Of a stretch of DNA of 64,000 nucleotides, positions 33,074-44,274 are shown piece by piece. Below the pieces are notes generated by a model that worked only from the letters and a program-made list of their open reading frames with translations, did no database searches and was not told the DNA's origin. The position numbers were made by a program, and so were the translations under genes. Origin of the DNA: Histomonas meleagridis 2922-C6/04-290x (Eukaryota > Protista > Parabasalia); the NCBI GenBank assembly GCA_020184695.1, contig JAANOX010000256.1, positions 62,001 through 126,000 of the forward strand, given 5' to 3'. Each line of letters opens with the position of its first letter. Positions within the stretch are counted from its first letter, which is position 1.

Positions 33074-33838
33074 TTACAGTTTAATATCATGATCAATTAA
33101 TTGTTTTGCTTCATTTTCTTCGACATACTTTCCAATTTCATTAACGAAGTGTGGAGGGAGACCTCTACTTTTCGCATACAATGCTCCCTGAATTGGCGGG
33201 ACACCTGACAAATTCGGATCTCTTGATAGAATCTGTTTTGTCCAAACGATGTTACGAACGCGAGGTAATTTTTCTGTGTCTTTTGTGCACTGCATCAATT
33301 CCAACCATTTTTGGTCTGCAGGTTCTAATCCGCAAAATTTGTCATTTTGGTTTTTGCCTTCTAATCGTGTAATTGCATCATTTAGCACAATTTTCATTAA
33401 CCCATTGGATGAAGGAAGATGCATTTGTAATACTTCTATTCTTTTTGAATCTTCATCTGTCAAGTTCACTAAATTAGATTTGGTTTGAGAATATTTCTCC
33501 CATGATTTTTGGTATTTGGAGTTTGAATGAATAAGCTCATCAAATACGGGATCTGTAAGACTTCTTTTTATTAAATTTAGTGCTTCATAAATAATTTCTT
33601 GATCTTTAGTTTGATATGCTGCTTCAAGAAATGCCTTCTTTATTGGAAGGAGAGAAAACAAATAATTGTCATATGGTTTATCATCAAGAAAAGCTTTCAA
33701 AAGTAATCCACCAATTTCTGGTTCTGTAAGATTTCGAGGAATGGATGGGATTTTTGATAAATATGATTGCATTTCACCTTTAAGTCTTTCGATTTCCTTT
33801 TGCATGATTTCATAATCTTCTAAATTATCGCAAATCAT
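33074..33838 (-). CDS. Hypothetical helical protein, possibly Vps16/VIPAS39-like fragment
   Basis: FLEAAYQTKDQEIIYEALNLIKRSL resembles the LLEEAV..DG.VI..VL.FLKRTL segment of VIPAS39. Confidence 0.5.
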   Translation of the reverse strand: MICDNLEDYEIMQKEIERLKGEMQSYLSKIPSIPRNLTEPEIGGLLLKAFLDDKPYDNYLFSLLPIKKAFLEAAYQTKDQEIIYEALNLIKRSLTDPVFDELIHSNSKYQKSWEKYSQTKSNLVNLTDEDSKRIEVLQMHLPSSNGLMKIVLNDAITRLEGKNQNDKFCGLEPADQKWLELMQCTKDTEKLPRVRNIVWTKQILSRDPNLSGVPPIQGALYAKSRGLPPHFVNEIGKYVEENEAKQLIDHDIKL

Positions 33839-34017
33839 TATTCGATTTTCTTGTTTTTAAACACTTTCTAAAACTTTTTCAATGAATAAATCATTGATTT
33901 CAATCATGTGAAAAAATCGAATTAATTTTATATATAAAAGGGAATTTTTATCAAAATTCAATGTGATTTTTCGGATTTTTTAGTTTTTGCTTCATGAAAT
34001 AAGTTCATATCAATTTA

Positions 34018-35016
34018 TTGATCAATTTAAATGAAATTCATTTTATTTATCAAACCATTAGTATAAGGAATAAAAACCAAATAAATGAAATTCAATTTAA
34101 AAATTTTATGATATTCCTCTTCTTGAAATTTCGCTCTTGTAATGAGTTATTGCAGATAAAACAAGGGAATGCTTTTTTTCATTGTTATACTTTAAAAAAA
34201 GGAGAAAGAATAATTTCACAAAAATATACCTCAGATGTTCACTTGCTATTTCATATATTGGAAAATATAAGCTTTCGTACATATGAATTTGATTCTCATG
34301 AAAAACATATAGTTACAAAAAATTATGATCCGCATAATATTTCTCAGTTTCTTACTATTAAAACAAACAACATGTATTTTGAAGTAATTGCTTTAGAAAA
34401 CACTAAAGTAAAATTTTCTTTGTTTAATTTACAATGTAATCATAACATCTTTGTCACTACAGAACTTAATTTAAGTATTTCTTTTTGGAAAAAAATTGAT
34501 ATGAAATCAATTCTCAAATCCAAAGATTTATGTTTTTTAATTGGTTCTGAATCGGCTTATTGGATTGATGCAATTCAAAATGGTTATGAAATTGATATTT
34601 ATTCTGGTAATAAATTAATAAGGACACATGATAAATCTTTTAATATTAGTTTTAATAATTCAATAGCTTTAACTCTAAAAGGAAACATAAGAAATTTTTT
34701 ATTATTTGTAATTAACATATCAACAAATAGTACTTCATATCCAAAATACTCAAAGTTAATCCTATCTAAAGCAAATTTTCGAAATATCAATTTGAGAATC
34801 ACTATGATTCTAACTTTTATTTTTCTTGCTGTTCTTTTGGGGCTGATTTATGTCGAAATTTATGATAGAGCCATTTTTACATGCAAATTTAAAAAGAAAT
34901 CATCTTCCTCTTCAACAGAAGAAACTAATAATGAAAATGACAAAATATATCAAATCGCTCAGCAATTTGCGCAAAGTAAAATAATATATAAAAATCCATA
35001 TGAACCAATTGAATAA
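34018..35016 (+). CDS. Hypothetical membrane protein with C-terminal TM
   Basis: Long AT-rich ORF; TM ITMILTFIFLAVLLGLIYV followed by a basic/Ser tail; start probably at a downstream ATG. Confidence 0.6.
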   Translation: MINLNEIHFIYQTISIRNKNQINEIQFKNFMIFLFLKFRSCNELLQIKQGNAFFHCYTLKKGERIISQKYTSDVHLLFHILENISFRTYEFDSHEKHIVTKNYDPHNISQFLTIKTNNMYFEVIALENTKVKFSLFNLQCNHNIFVTTELNLSISFWKKIDMKSILKSKDLCFLIGSESAYWIDAIQNGYEIDIYSGNKLIRTHDKSFNISFNNSIALTLKGNIRNFLLFVINISTNSTSYPKYSKLILSKANFRNINLRITMILTFIFLAVLLGLIYVEIYDRAIFTCKFKKKSSSSSTEETNNENDKIYQIAQQFAQSKIIYKNPYEPIE

Positions 35017-35147
35017 ACTTTATTTCTTCATCAACAAAATTCTGCTTCCATCTTTATCCTATATTATGAAAATAATTATATTTCTTCAGATTTTTCTAAA
35101 ATTTTAAGCAATGCTATGAAATTGAATAAAGTTGTGTACAACATTTT

Positions 35148-35600
35148 TTATAACTTTTGATCAAAAAAACAGCAACGAAACAAATAAAAGTTTGTGATGT
35201 CTTTATAACCAATTATAATATTCAATGCAACGATAACAATTTTCAGAACGAAATCATTGAATTTTCTATCGTAAAAAATATTTTTTGGAATTTGATTATT
35301 TTGAAGGAAATACTTAACCAGATATAAATTTCCATTTCTTGCTGAGTCATTTATATCATAAGCATTAACATTAATTCCTTTTTCTTCCAAAAATGCTAAA
35401 ATTTCATAATTATCTTTTTTAATACAAAAACTTACTAAATCATTGGTTTTATCTTCAGACATTTTCGGCATTGCTTGTATTTTTTCTAATTTATTTTCAT
35501 AAAGATATTTAAAGATATCATTTTGATGAAATTCAATTGCTGTTTCATATGCACCTTTAAATGTTGAATGATTTTGTTCACACAAATGAATAATTTCAAG
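35148..35600 (-). pseudogene. DUF3447/ankyrin fragment
   Basis: LCEQNHSTFKGAYETAIEFHQNDIFKYLYENK matches the other loci; both ends missing. Confidence 0.8.
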
Positions 35601-35636
35601 ATTTTATTTAATGCTTTTAAACAGATAATTCTAAAT

Positions 35637-36890
35637 TTAATTACATTTCCCACCATAATCGTTTGATATAATATACCGCTTCTTTCCCAAATCATGAACG
35701 ACGAGTCTATACCATTTTTCTATGTTTATTTCGCTGCAATTTCTTGCGAATTCGTCAATGACATTTGCAATTTCGACCAATTGTCCCCAATACGCAGCAG
35801 TAACGTTATAACTTCTAGTTTCATACGCGTGGATTATCTTATTAAACAGATCCATTTTCTTAATTATCTCCAAAGTTAATAAGTTTCTTTCCGATAAATC
35901 ACTTATTAAACCTCTAAACGATTCATGCAAAAATGAAACAGTGGAAAACTTAAAGAAGTCGTGGCAAAGTTTTGTCATTAACTTCTGGAATTCCAAATTA
36001 AGTGTTTCTTGGGTTGGAATTAGTAATCGAAGAATATTTACACAGATCTCACTAACCTCAGTAAAGCTCTCAGAGCCATAAATAGTGTCAATGAATAAAT
36101 TAAAGTGATTTAAAATGATTTTCCCGATTTTATACCATTGATCTGATTGTGGATTAGAATCAGATATTTGATAAAGTTGATAAATAAGGGTAAAGCTTAG
36201 ACTACTCTTAGTGCTTGATGCTAAATTTATGATTTTGGTCAAGATGTCATCGGCTAAAAGATGATTTGGAATATCTGATACCAAATTCTCACAAATAATT
36301 TTGATTAATATCTTAATACTATTGTTAAACGAAGCCGCGTCGTTAGAAAGGATGTTGTGAATTATGATTTCAATTATATGGGCAGCTTGGAATTTATCCC
36401 ATATAACTTGTGGAAGAGGATATGAAAAGAAATTAAGTACAGAATCACTAGAAAATAATTTACATATTTTTAAAAAGAAATTCACATTGTCGAATTTGGG
36501 ATAAAGTTGATTATTTTCATTGATAATTAATTTTGATAAAACAGTAAAATAAATGTCTTGAGAAGCTTTAGAAAATTTTGGAAGATAATATAAGAGTTTA
36601 AATATGTAATTGAAGAAATCTGTTTTTCTTTGGTATTCTTTTCTAAAGTTTGAATTTTTTGTAAAAATAACTTGTTTCATGATTCTTTTTGAATCTCTTG
36701 GTGATAAGCAATTAATTTGGAAAGCAAAATCCAATACTTCATCAAAGCGTTGAATTAATACATTAAGCAATATACGATTTGCATTATTAAAGCATTGTGT
36801 AAACATTTTATCATTTAAAATACCACTTATTGGTTTGTCAAATCTTTGAACTCTTTCTAAATATTCATTAATTGCTTCATTATTCCTCAT
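35637..36890 (-). CDS. Helical protein, SIT4/PP6-associated (SAPS)-like
   Basis: HEAT-like helices; FLHESF and YWGQLVEIAN resemble SAPS motifs (FLH..V, GYMGHL..IAN). Confidence 0.55.
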   Translation of the reverse strand: MRNNEAINEYLERVQRFDKPISGILNDKMFTQCFNNANRILLNVLIQRFDEVLDFAFQINCLSPRDSKRIMKQVIFTKNSNFRKEYQRKTDFFNYIFKLLYYLPKFSKASQDIYFTVLSKLIINENNQLYPKFDNVNFFLKICKLFSSDSVLNFFSYPLPQVIWDKFQAAHIIEIIIHNILSNDAASFNNSIKILIKIICENLVSDIPNHLLADDILTKIINLASSTKSSLSFTLIYQLYQISDSNPQSDQWYKIGKIILNHFNLFIDTIYGSESFTEVSEICVNILRLLIPTQETLNLEFQKLMTKLCHDFFKFSTVSFLHESFRGLISDLSERNLLTLEIIKKMDLFNKIIHAYETRSYNVTAAYWGQLVEIANVIDEFARNCSEINIEKWYRLVVHDLGKKRYIISNDYGGKCN

Positions 36891-36969
36891 CTTCCAAAAA
36901 ATGTAAAGAGCTTTGACCGTTTACTTTCAAAATTGAATAAAATTTTTTGCAAATATTTTTTTTAACAAA

Positions 36970-37634
36970 ATGAAAAACATAAAATGCCCATTTGACAAGC
37001 CTCTCTCTGAACAACTTTTATTCCAGCAAGATAAATACCCTGGCCTTAACTTCCCCATTGCAATTCATGAGATTGCTGAAGCTCTCCTTTCAAAACACAT
37101 TGAGAATGTTATGTGTCCTTTCCGTATGCCCGGTATTTATAGCAATGTAATGCGTATAATGGATGAATACCAACGTGGTGAAAATGATTTTTCTAATGAA
37201 GATGTTGTAGATCTTGCTATTTGTTTAAACGATGGTTCCAACAATTACCAGAACCCATTATTCCTACATAATTGCTTCCAAAACTAAAGGAAGCACATGA
37301 TGCCAATGATGATATAGGATTTTTAGAAAGGGAATTATCTGATCAAGTCAAGAATTTATTGGGTTATCTCGTTGGGTTCCTTCAAAAAATACTATCACTC
37401 TCTTCAAGAGAATCTGGAGCTTCTCCAGAATATTTTGGGATCATATTTGGAACTCTTTTAATCGATGGATATAATGGATCAAGATATACCAGAGAAAGTA
37501 GTGGCTTCATGGAATATTTAATTAGGAACTGGAAAACAGAAAATTATTATCCACCCGTTTTGGTTGAGAGAGTACACTTTTGGCACAAAAAAGAAATTTT
37601 ACGATTTTGTTATTTTGTATTTTCAACACATTAA
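36970..37634 (+). pseudogene. RhoGAP-domain gene, frameshift plus stop
   Basis: PFRMPG arginine finger; frameshift near 37228 restores KRWFQQLPEPIIP, followed by TAA. Confidence 0.8.
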
Positions 37635-37918
37635 TTGTTCACAGATATAATATTTGTTCTGATTTAATGATATTGATATCTTGTTAATTAAATAAGTTAT
37701 CCTCCATAAAATCTTCTATGTATGGAATAGAATCTTGTAAAAAAAAATTGCGTTTTTTTATTACATTTTTCATCCTTGCGAAACTTCGTCTTAAGTTGTG
37801 TTGACTTTTTTTCTTTGTTAAAATATTAACATTTGTTTTATAATTACAAATTAGAAAAATTTTGATCAAAAGGTAAAAATCATTAAAAAAAGTATAATAA
37901 GCATATGCTAACAACCCT

Positions 37919-39325
37919 TTACATTTCTTGTAAATGTGCTTCATGTCCTTCTTCTTCCTCTTCTTCTTCCTCAACATTATTTTCTTCTTTTTCTTTCTTC
38001 TTTGTCGGCAAAACTATCGCTGCTATTAAAGCCACGCACGAAGATCCTAAAGAGAATCCCCATAATGCGCCTCTGTAACCTTCTGTTGGATATGGCTGTA
38101 CGCCATAAGTGGACAAAATCGCAGAAGTTATATTTTGCATCACAGCCGCACCCAAAAAGATGAACATATTCCCACATCCAGAAACACTTGCAGCTAACTC
38201 AGGTTTTACCATATCTTTATACATTGGCAAAGTAAAACTTTGAGTAGAAGTAGTTGAAACACCAAACAAAAAGAACAACACATACAAAGCCCATTCAGGG
38301 ATTTTATCTGTCCAAATTACAAATATTATTTCTATCACAATCGAAAACGCTATACATATTACTTCGAGCCATTTCGTCATATGAAATCTTACTGATATGA
38401 AACCTAAAAATGGAGAACCTACAATCATGACAACCATCAATGAAAGTGTGATTGTTCCTGCTTCAGAACTTGTATAACCATAAACATCTGTAAGATATGG
38501 TACTGCCCACATTCCGGACAAGTTTTGGAATGTAGAAACAGAAAAGAAAATGGCAACAGAATGAATCCAAAATTTGGGTATCTTACAGATTTCGAGAAGA
38601 TTAAGCCCAACAGTTTTCAACATCGATGGAAGTGATCGATGTGGTGGAGGACGTGATGTGCCTTGTACAGCATTAAAGCCATAATAAACAGGAGAAGAAC
38701 GAACAAATATAAAAGCACATATGGAAAAGACAAAGCCGAATATGGAAATAGAAATTAAACTCCACCGCCATCCAATAGCTTGACCTAACGCTATAAGTGG
38801 CTTCTGGGAAATGATCCCACCAATACCACCAATACAGAAAAGAATACTGGTCATAGTGTAAAATTTTGTGGGCGTCCACCAATTTGCCATGAAACGGGCC
38901 GTGGCACAATATGGACAAGAACAACCTAAACCAACAAAGAAACGAGCAATAGAGGATAAAGTAAATGATTTGGAAAGACCACATATTAAAGAACCAATCG
39001 CTGAAATTATCCCTGATACTCCAAGAATATATCCTGGTTCAATAAGATCTGAAAAACACCCAACTATGGGTTGCATAATAGCATATGACCAAAAATACAT
39101 TGATGAAAAAATACCTAATTTGGATGTTGGAACACCAAGTGCTGGTGCCATTTCATCTGCTAAAACAGATGGACAATATCGGTGAAAATGTACAAGCATG
39201 TAACAACAACAACAAAATACAAAGCCACTCCATTTACGAAGATGAAATGCAAAAGGATATTCGGCTGATGACGGGTTCGCTTCTTTTTCAGCAACATCAG
39301 ATGGTTCGTCGCTTTTTGTTTCCAT
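37919..39325 (-). CDS. Major facilitator superfamily transporter
   Basis: About 12 TM segments; motif A-like GCFSDLIEP; ARFFVGLG. Confidence 0.92.
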   Translation of the reverse strand: METKSDEPSDVAEKEANPSSAEYPFAFHLRKWSGFVFCCCCYMLVHFHRYCPSVLADEMAPALGVPTSKLGIFSSMYFWSYAIMQPIVGCFSDLIEPGYILGVSGIISAIGSLICGLSKSFTLSSIARFFVGLGCSCPYCATARFMANWWTPTKFYTMTSILFCIGGIGGIISQKPLIALGQAIGWRWSLISISIFGFVFSICAFIFVRSSPVYYGFNAVQGTSRPPPHRSLPSMLKTVGLNLLEICKIPKFWIHSVAIFFSVSTFQNLSGMWAVPYLTDVYGYTSSEAGTITLSLMVVMIVGSPFLGFISVRFHMTKWLEVICIAFSIVIEIIFVIWTDKIPEWALYVLFFLFGVSTTSTQSFTLPMYKDMVKPELAASVSGCGNMFIFLGAAVMQNITSAILSTYGVQPYPTEGYRGALWGFSLGSSCVALIAAIVLPTKKKEKEENNVEEEEEEEEGHEAHLQEM

Positions 39326-39831
39326 TTGATAACGTGAGAACTATATCAATTCTCCTAAAGCGGGAATTTGAAGAATACTATCGTTTCATTAAGAAATTTT
39401 CTGGCATTGAAACACAAAATGAACGGTTTTGAAACACTTTTTGACTTGATTGAGAAAAAAATTGAAAGGGGCAAAACGTTTGGATTTGTGGACAACTTCC
39501 AACAGACTTTTCAATGGAAAACGATGATTTACGGTAAAGCCGATCATCTGTTGTGGATAAAAAAGGAACTTAAGTTATATCAAAAAATCGACTAATCCTC
39601 TTATAACCAACATATTAGCAATGTCTTTAAGCATATAACATTGAGATATTGCAATTTATATATTTTTAAATTCATTAAAAAATACCAGAAAGACTTCTTG
39701 TATATGTTTCCATTGAACAACAAAAATTAAAACGCTAATTTCAAACGTGATGTTTTAACAAAAAAAAGATATCTATAAATGAATATAAAGGGGAATGTAA
39801 GTGAAAAAAAATTTTTTAATTCAAAATATAA

Positions 39832-40389
39832 ATGTCACTTTTGAATATGTCGGACAGCAAACACGGAAACCCAATTCCCCAGCTCCTTGTTACAGAAGCA
39901 ATTCGCCAATTACAAAATAAATACGATGGAATGACAGATCGTGATAAGCATGTTTATGCTCAAGTTTTCAATCTTGGTAAAAAGCCTGGATTTGCAATGG
40001 CATCTCAACTATGTAGAAGTGGACTTGATTATGAAACTGCTGAAGATGCATGTAAATTCATTTCTACAAAGTTTTCTCTTGCTGTATTTGGTGTACAAGC
40101 AAAACTAAATTTCAATGGATCCGAAAAAACTTTTCAGCTTCAATTTACAGACAAGCTCCCTTCATGGTTCGGATCATTGGTTGTCCCAGGTAAACAAAAT
40201 CAACAACATGATTTCTGGATAAAGGCTTATGCACATTTCTTATCTGGAGTTTACTCAGGAGCTCTTCTTCACTTCGGATACAAGTCAACGTTAGATAACG
40301 CATTTGAAGAAAAGGCGGGTAAACCTTTTTGCTTGGGATTCCATTTCGAGGAATTAACAGGTACATGGGAATTTTCATCAAACTATTGA
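39832..40389 (+). CDS. TRAPP Bet3-family subunit (TRAPPC6/Trs33-like)
   Basis: CKFISTKFSLAVFGVQ and FLSGVYSGALLHFG resemble TRAPPC6 motifs. Confidence 0.7.
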   Translation: MSLLNMSDSKHGNPIPQLLVTEAIRQLQNKYDGMTDRDKHVYAQVFNLGKKPGFAMASQLCRSGLDYETAEDACKFISTKFSLAVFGVQAKLNFNGSEKTFQLQFTDKLPSWFGSLVVPGKQNQQHDFWIKAYAHFLSGVYSGALLHFGYKSTLDNAFEEKAGKPFCLGFHFEELTGTWEFSSNY

Positions 40390-40680
40390 AGTAAACGTTT
40401 ATTGACTCAAGCAGGGTTCTTTGAAGGAAAGAATGAAAACTGATAAATTTACATCCAATTTATAATTTTCAACTTTTCAAAAAAAATTTATGACATATTG
40501 TCTGTTTCAATACCAAAACTATCTAAAAGAATTAGTAAGTTTTTCAGTTTAGAGATGAAAATTTCACAATTATGTGATTTTATAAAAAACCTGAACCAAA
40601 ACATAACTCTTTTGTACCAATGTAACAATTATTCCTTTATCCATGAAAATTTTAGTTAAGTAAATTAATTAATAAAAAAT

Positions 40681-40711
<31 letters not shown>

Positions 40712-40782
40712 GAAAAAGATAAATCAGAGCATTTCACATCAAATGTCACAGCCAAGAAACACAATTCTTTTTGTCAATTTTA

Positions 40783-42175
40783 ATGGATAAAGGAACAGGA
40801 TCTTCTTTAACAGGTTTTGGTTTCGGAAGCCTTAAGGGATCTGGAGAATCCAGTAACACCAATTCTTCTGGCAATGCAAATGGAAAAACAGAAAATAAAT
40901 CTATTTCTTTCAATTTTAACTTGCAAAGCACACCTACAAAAACTGATAGTAAATCAACAGATAATAAATCATCAACATTTAGTTTCGGCACTCCAAAAAC
41001 AGACAGATGCCAAGCCAACAGGGTTTAGCTTTGGATCATCTATAACTGATAGCCAAAAATCAGATGCCAAATCGACAACACTTAGTTTAGGCACTCCAAA
41101 AACGGACAGTCAATCAACAGATAATAAATCATCAACATTTAGTTTCGGCACTCCAAAAACAGATAGCCAAACAACAGATGCCAAGCCAACAGGGTTTAGC
41201 TTTGGATCATCGATAACTGATAGCCAAAAATCAGATAATAAATCATCAACATTTAGTTTCGGCACTCCAAAAACAGATAGCCAAGCAACAGATGCCAAGC
41301 CAACAGGGTTTAGCTTTGGATCATCGATAACTGATAGCCAAAAATCAGATGCCAAATCAACAACATTTAGTTTAGGCACTCCAAAAACAGATGGCCAAGC
41401 AACAGGATTTAATTTCAATTTTTCAAGCCAACCAGACAAGTCATATCAGGCACCTACACTTAACTTCCAATCGCAACCAGCATCAGATGCTTCCTCCAGC
41501 ATACCACTGTTTAACCTTGGAGGCATGGGCCAACCGTTCTCATTTCCCTTTAGTTATAATTTCCATTTTGGTACCGGCGAAAAATTTACAGCAAATACCA
41601 AAAAGCCATTTGGATCTCCCCAAATTACATTTTCAATGCAACCAACAAATACATCATCTAACAACGATGAAGAAACACCAGAAGAAGAACACAACGAAAT
41701 GGCTGAGGGCAACACTGGCGAAGAAGACGAAGAGAAATTAATTGAATGCAATGTCAAAGTTTTCCAATACGCATTTGTTCAAGAAGATGAACTGAAAGAC
41801 GGGGCACCCAAACCAACCGAAACCGATACACTGAAAATTATCAAATCCGAAGGTAAAGATTATATATATAAAAAGAAATTTGCTGAAAGAGGAGAAGGTA
41901 TACTACACTTTAATAAGGGCAATGATTATTACAGAATTGTAATTAGAAGGAAGTCAGTGGGTGCAGCAATTGTAAATTCAAGAGTTTGGGATAAAATGAA
42001 ACCAATCCTAAAGGAAGGAAAGCCGTTTATCCAAGTTTTGTTACAAAATATAAAGAAAGATGATAAAGATGAGAAAGATCAAGTGTCCGTGTACTTATTA
42101 AAGTTTGAAGATCGCGATACTGCCGCAAAAGTACACGCTGAATTAATAAAGGCAATTGAGGAAATAAGTAAATAA
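40783..42175 (+). CDS. FxFG nucleoporin with RanBD1 (Nup2/Nup50-like); frameshift near 41002
   Basis: FSFG/FGFG repeats; RanBP1-like GEEDEEKL..C.VKVF..., ERGEGILHF; reading frame broken by an 11-nt deletion in one repeat. Confidence 0.8.
40940..41410 (+). repeat. Imperfect coding repeats of FG modules (TFSFGTPKTD / TGFSFGSSITD)
   Basis: GGCACTCCAAAAAC recurs 5 times; GGGTTTAGCTTTGGATCAT recurs 3 times. Confidence 0.85.
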
Positions 42176-42658
42176 TGAATACTGAAAATTATGCAATTTC
42201 TAAATAATGATACAATATTATTTCTATCCTATTACAAAAGGAATTCAACATGTTTTATTTATTATTAATTTATTCTATCTTTAGGAATCTGTTTTCATTA
42301 TTGTGGTGACCGTTTAGAGTGAGGTCGGGTTCGTTTGAAGTCTGTAAGCGATCTGTAACATACCAAATTTTGTGAAGAAGTAAAGAGATTCGTTTCAGAT
42401 AATTAATCGATTAAGCTTCACCATTGAAATTTCCGAACTTACGACAAAATTCGATGGAGAATGAAGCAAGAAGTTTGAATCATTTGATTTTCTTTAAATC
42501 CTAAAGAAAAATTTCGATATTAGCATAAAAAATTTATTTATAAAATTTAAAAAATATTGTTTATTGATGAAGATATTTTAGTTTTATTTTGAGGTTCCGT
42601 CGAAATTTTGAGTGAAGGAATTGAACTATGTTTTATTTTAACTATATGTCTTGATGAT

Positions 42659-43243
42659 TTAAAAAATGATGCATAAATCATTGGTTTTCGGTTTGTTTTG
42701 ATTGATCAATTTGTATTTGCTGGCAACAGCAAGAGTTGCTGAATAGATTACATCTTTTAAATTTTGTGCCTCTAATGCTGAGCATTCAATGTAATCATAA
42801 GCATTGATTATGTTTTTCATTTCTTCCCCTTGGTTTGTCGAAATTACTTCAGAAGGAATATGTTCATTTCGAAGATCACTTTTCATGCCAACTAAGATAT
42901 ATGGCACACTTGGGCAACGTTTACTTACTTCAGGAATCCAATAATCTCTGATATTTTTAAGTAATTTTAGTGAAACAAGTGAAAAGCAAAATATGAAAAC
43001 ATCTGCTTCTAAATAAGAATCCAACCTAAATTTTTTGTTTTCTGCCATATCCCTTGGATGGAAATAGATTAAAAAATTTTCATAATTTATTTTAGTGGAA
43101 ATACTGTCGTCACATAAAGTTGAGACACAAAATTTTGGTAAATAGCTATTTACAATAAAAGATGAAAATATATAACTCGTCTTACCCACGCCATGGTCTC
43201 CTACAAACATGCCTATAACACTTTTAAGACATGATTTTTGCAT
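42659..43243 (-). CDS. Divergent Rho/Rac-family GTPase with CaaX (CIIF)
   Basis: GDHGVGKT, WIPEV, LVGMKSDLR, YIECSAL. Confidence 0.88.
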   Translation of the reverse strand: MQKSCLKSVIGMFVGDHGVGKTSYIFSSFIVNSYLPKFCVSTLCDDSISTKINYENFLIYFHPRDMAENKKFRLDSYLEADVFIFCFSLVSLKLLKNIRDYWIPEVSKRCPSVPYILVGMKSDLRNEHIPSEVISTNQGEEMKNIINAYDYIECSALEAQNLKDVIYSATLAVASKYKLINQNKPKTNDLCIIF

Positions 43244-43925
43244 TCAAAAGTGTCACAACCGCCTGAATGAAGCCCCACACATTAAACACCTAAAAAAGTC
43301 GGTTTGATAAAGCGATAGGTTTTTTCTGATAAATCCAGAAAATACTACGATAAAAACCGTTTCAAATGGAATATTTATTGATGTTCCAAATTGAAAGTTT
43401 TCGATTTTATATTATTTCAAGAAAATTCAAATTAATTGATTAATTAATACATAATTATGTTTTAAATTATCTTAAGATTGTTTTTTAAACCTCTGATTAC
43501 TTTATTAATTGATTATTTTGAATGCATAATTAAATTTTTTTTTGCGAAAATTATAAAATAAGTAAAAGGGAAACTCAAATTTTGAAAATAAAGAATATAT
43601 GTGATATATTTTAAGTTTTGCTTTGTAACATTTTATATCGATTGTTTTAATTTCTGATATTTTAGTATCAATCATCAATCCCATGAATTTCAATGATTGT
43701 CAAAACTGTGTTGGAACGAAATGGTCTCACTTTTATTTACACCACTTTTTGTATAATTTACATAAATATCGGGTGCCCGAAAATATAACCATCGCTATAC
43801 TCATACTTTTTCGACACAATATTTTGACAACTGAAATTAATTAAGAAATTCATTATGTCGAAATGTTAATATCTTTTTCAATGGTTCATGTTAAATATAA
43901 ACCATTCAATTAAGCTAAATTCACT

Positions 43926-44001
43926 CGACGATAGATATACGATAGAACTTTTTGAACATATTCGAATATGTTCAAAAAGTTCTATCGTATATTTATCGTC
44001 G
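43926..44001. repeat. 76-bp near-perfect palindrome inside the transposon
   Basis: 38-bp arms with one mismatch, centred on TTCGAA, no spacer. Confidence 0.95.
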
Positions 44002-44274
44002 GCCTGTACCAATCACGAGAATTAGTTTGTGGGTTGGTTCTTCACCAACGGTTATGATCGTCGGATCATAGAATTGTTATTTTGGACCTGAATTGGACAA
44101 CCAAGACGGTTGTGGTTCAACAAGTTCATAACAACCAACAACCAAAGCAGTGACAAGCCAAATACAGAGTGAGCGTTGATCAGTGATTGATTCAACAACA
44201 TCGACCTCCAAGCTTATACAAACAAGCTTGGTGAAAGCTCAGTTATACAAACAAAAGTATTAAATTCATATTGT

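Noticed and set aside
38868-39595. Plus-strand ORFs opposite the MFS gene
   Set aside because: Antisense shadows with no recognisable motifs.
42300-42490. GC-richer intergenic patch as a snoRNA or small gene
   Set aside because: No clear C/D or H/ACA boxes; best reading frame has stops; identity unsupported.
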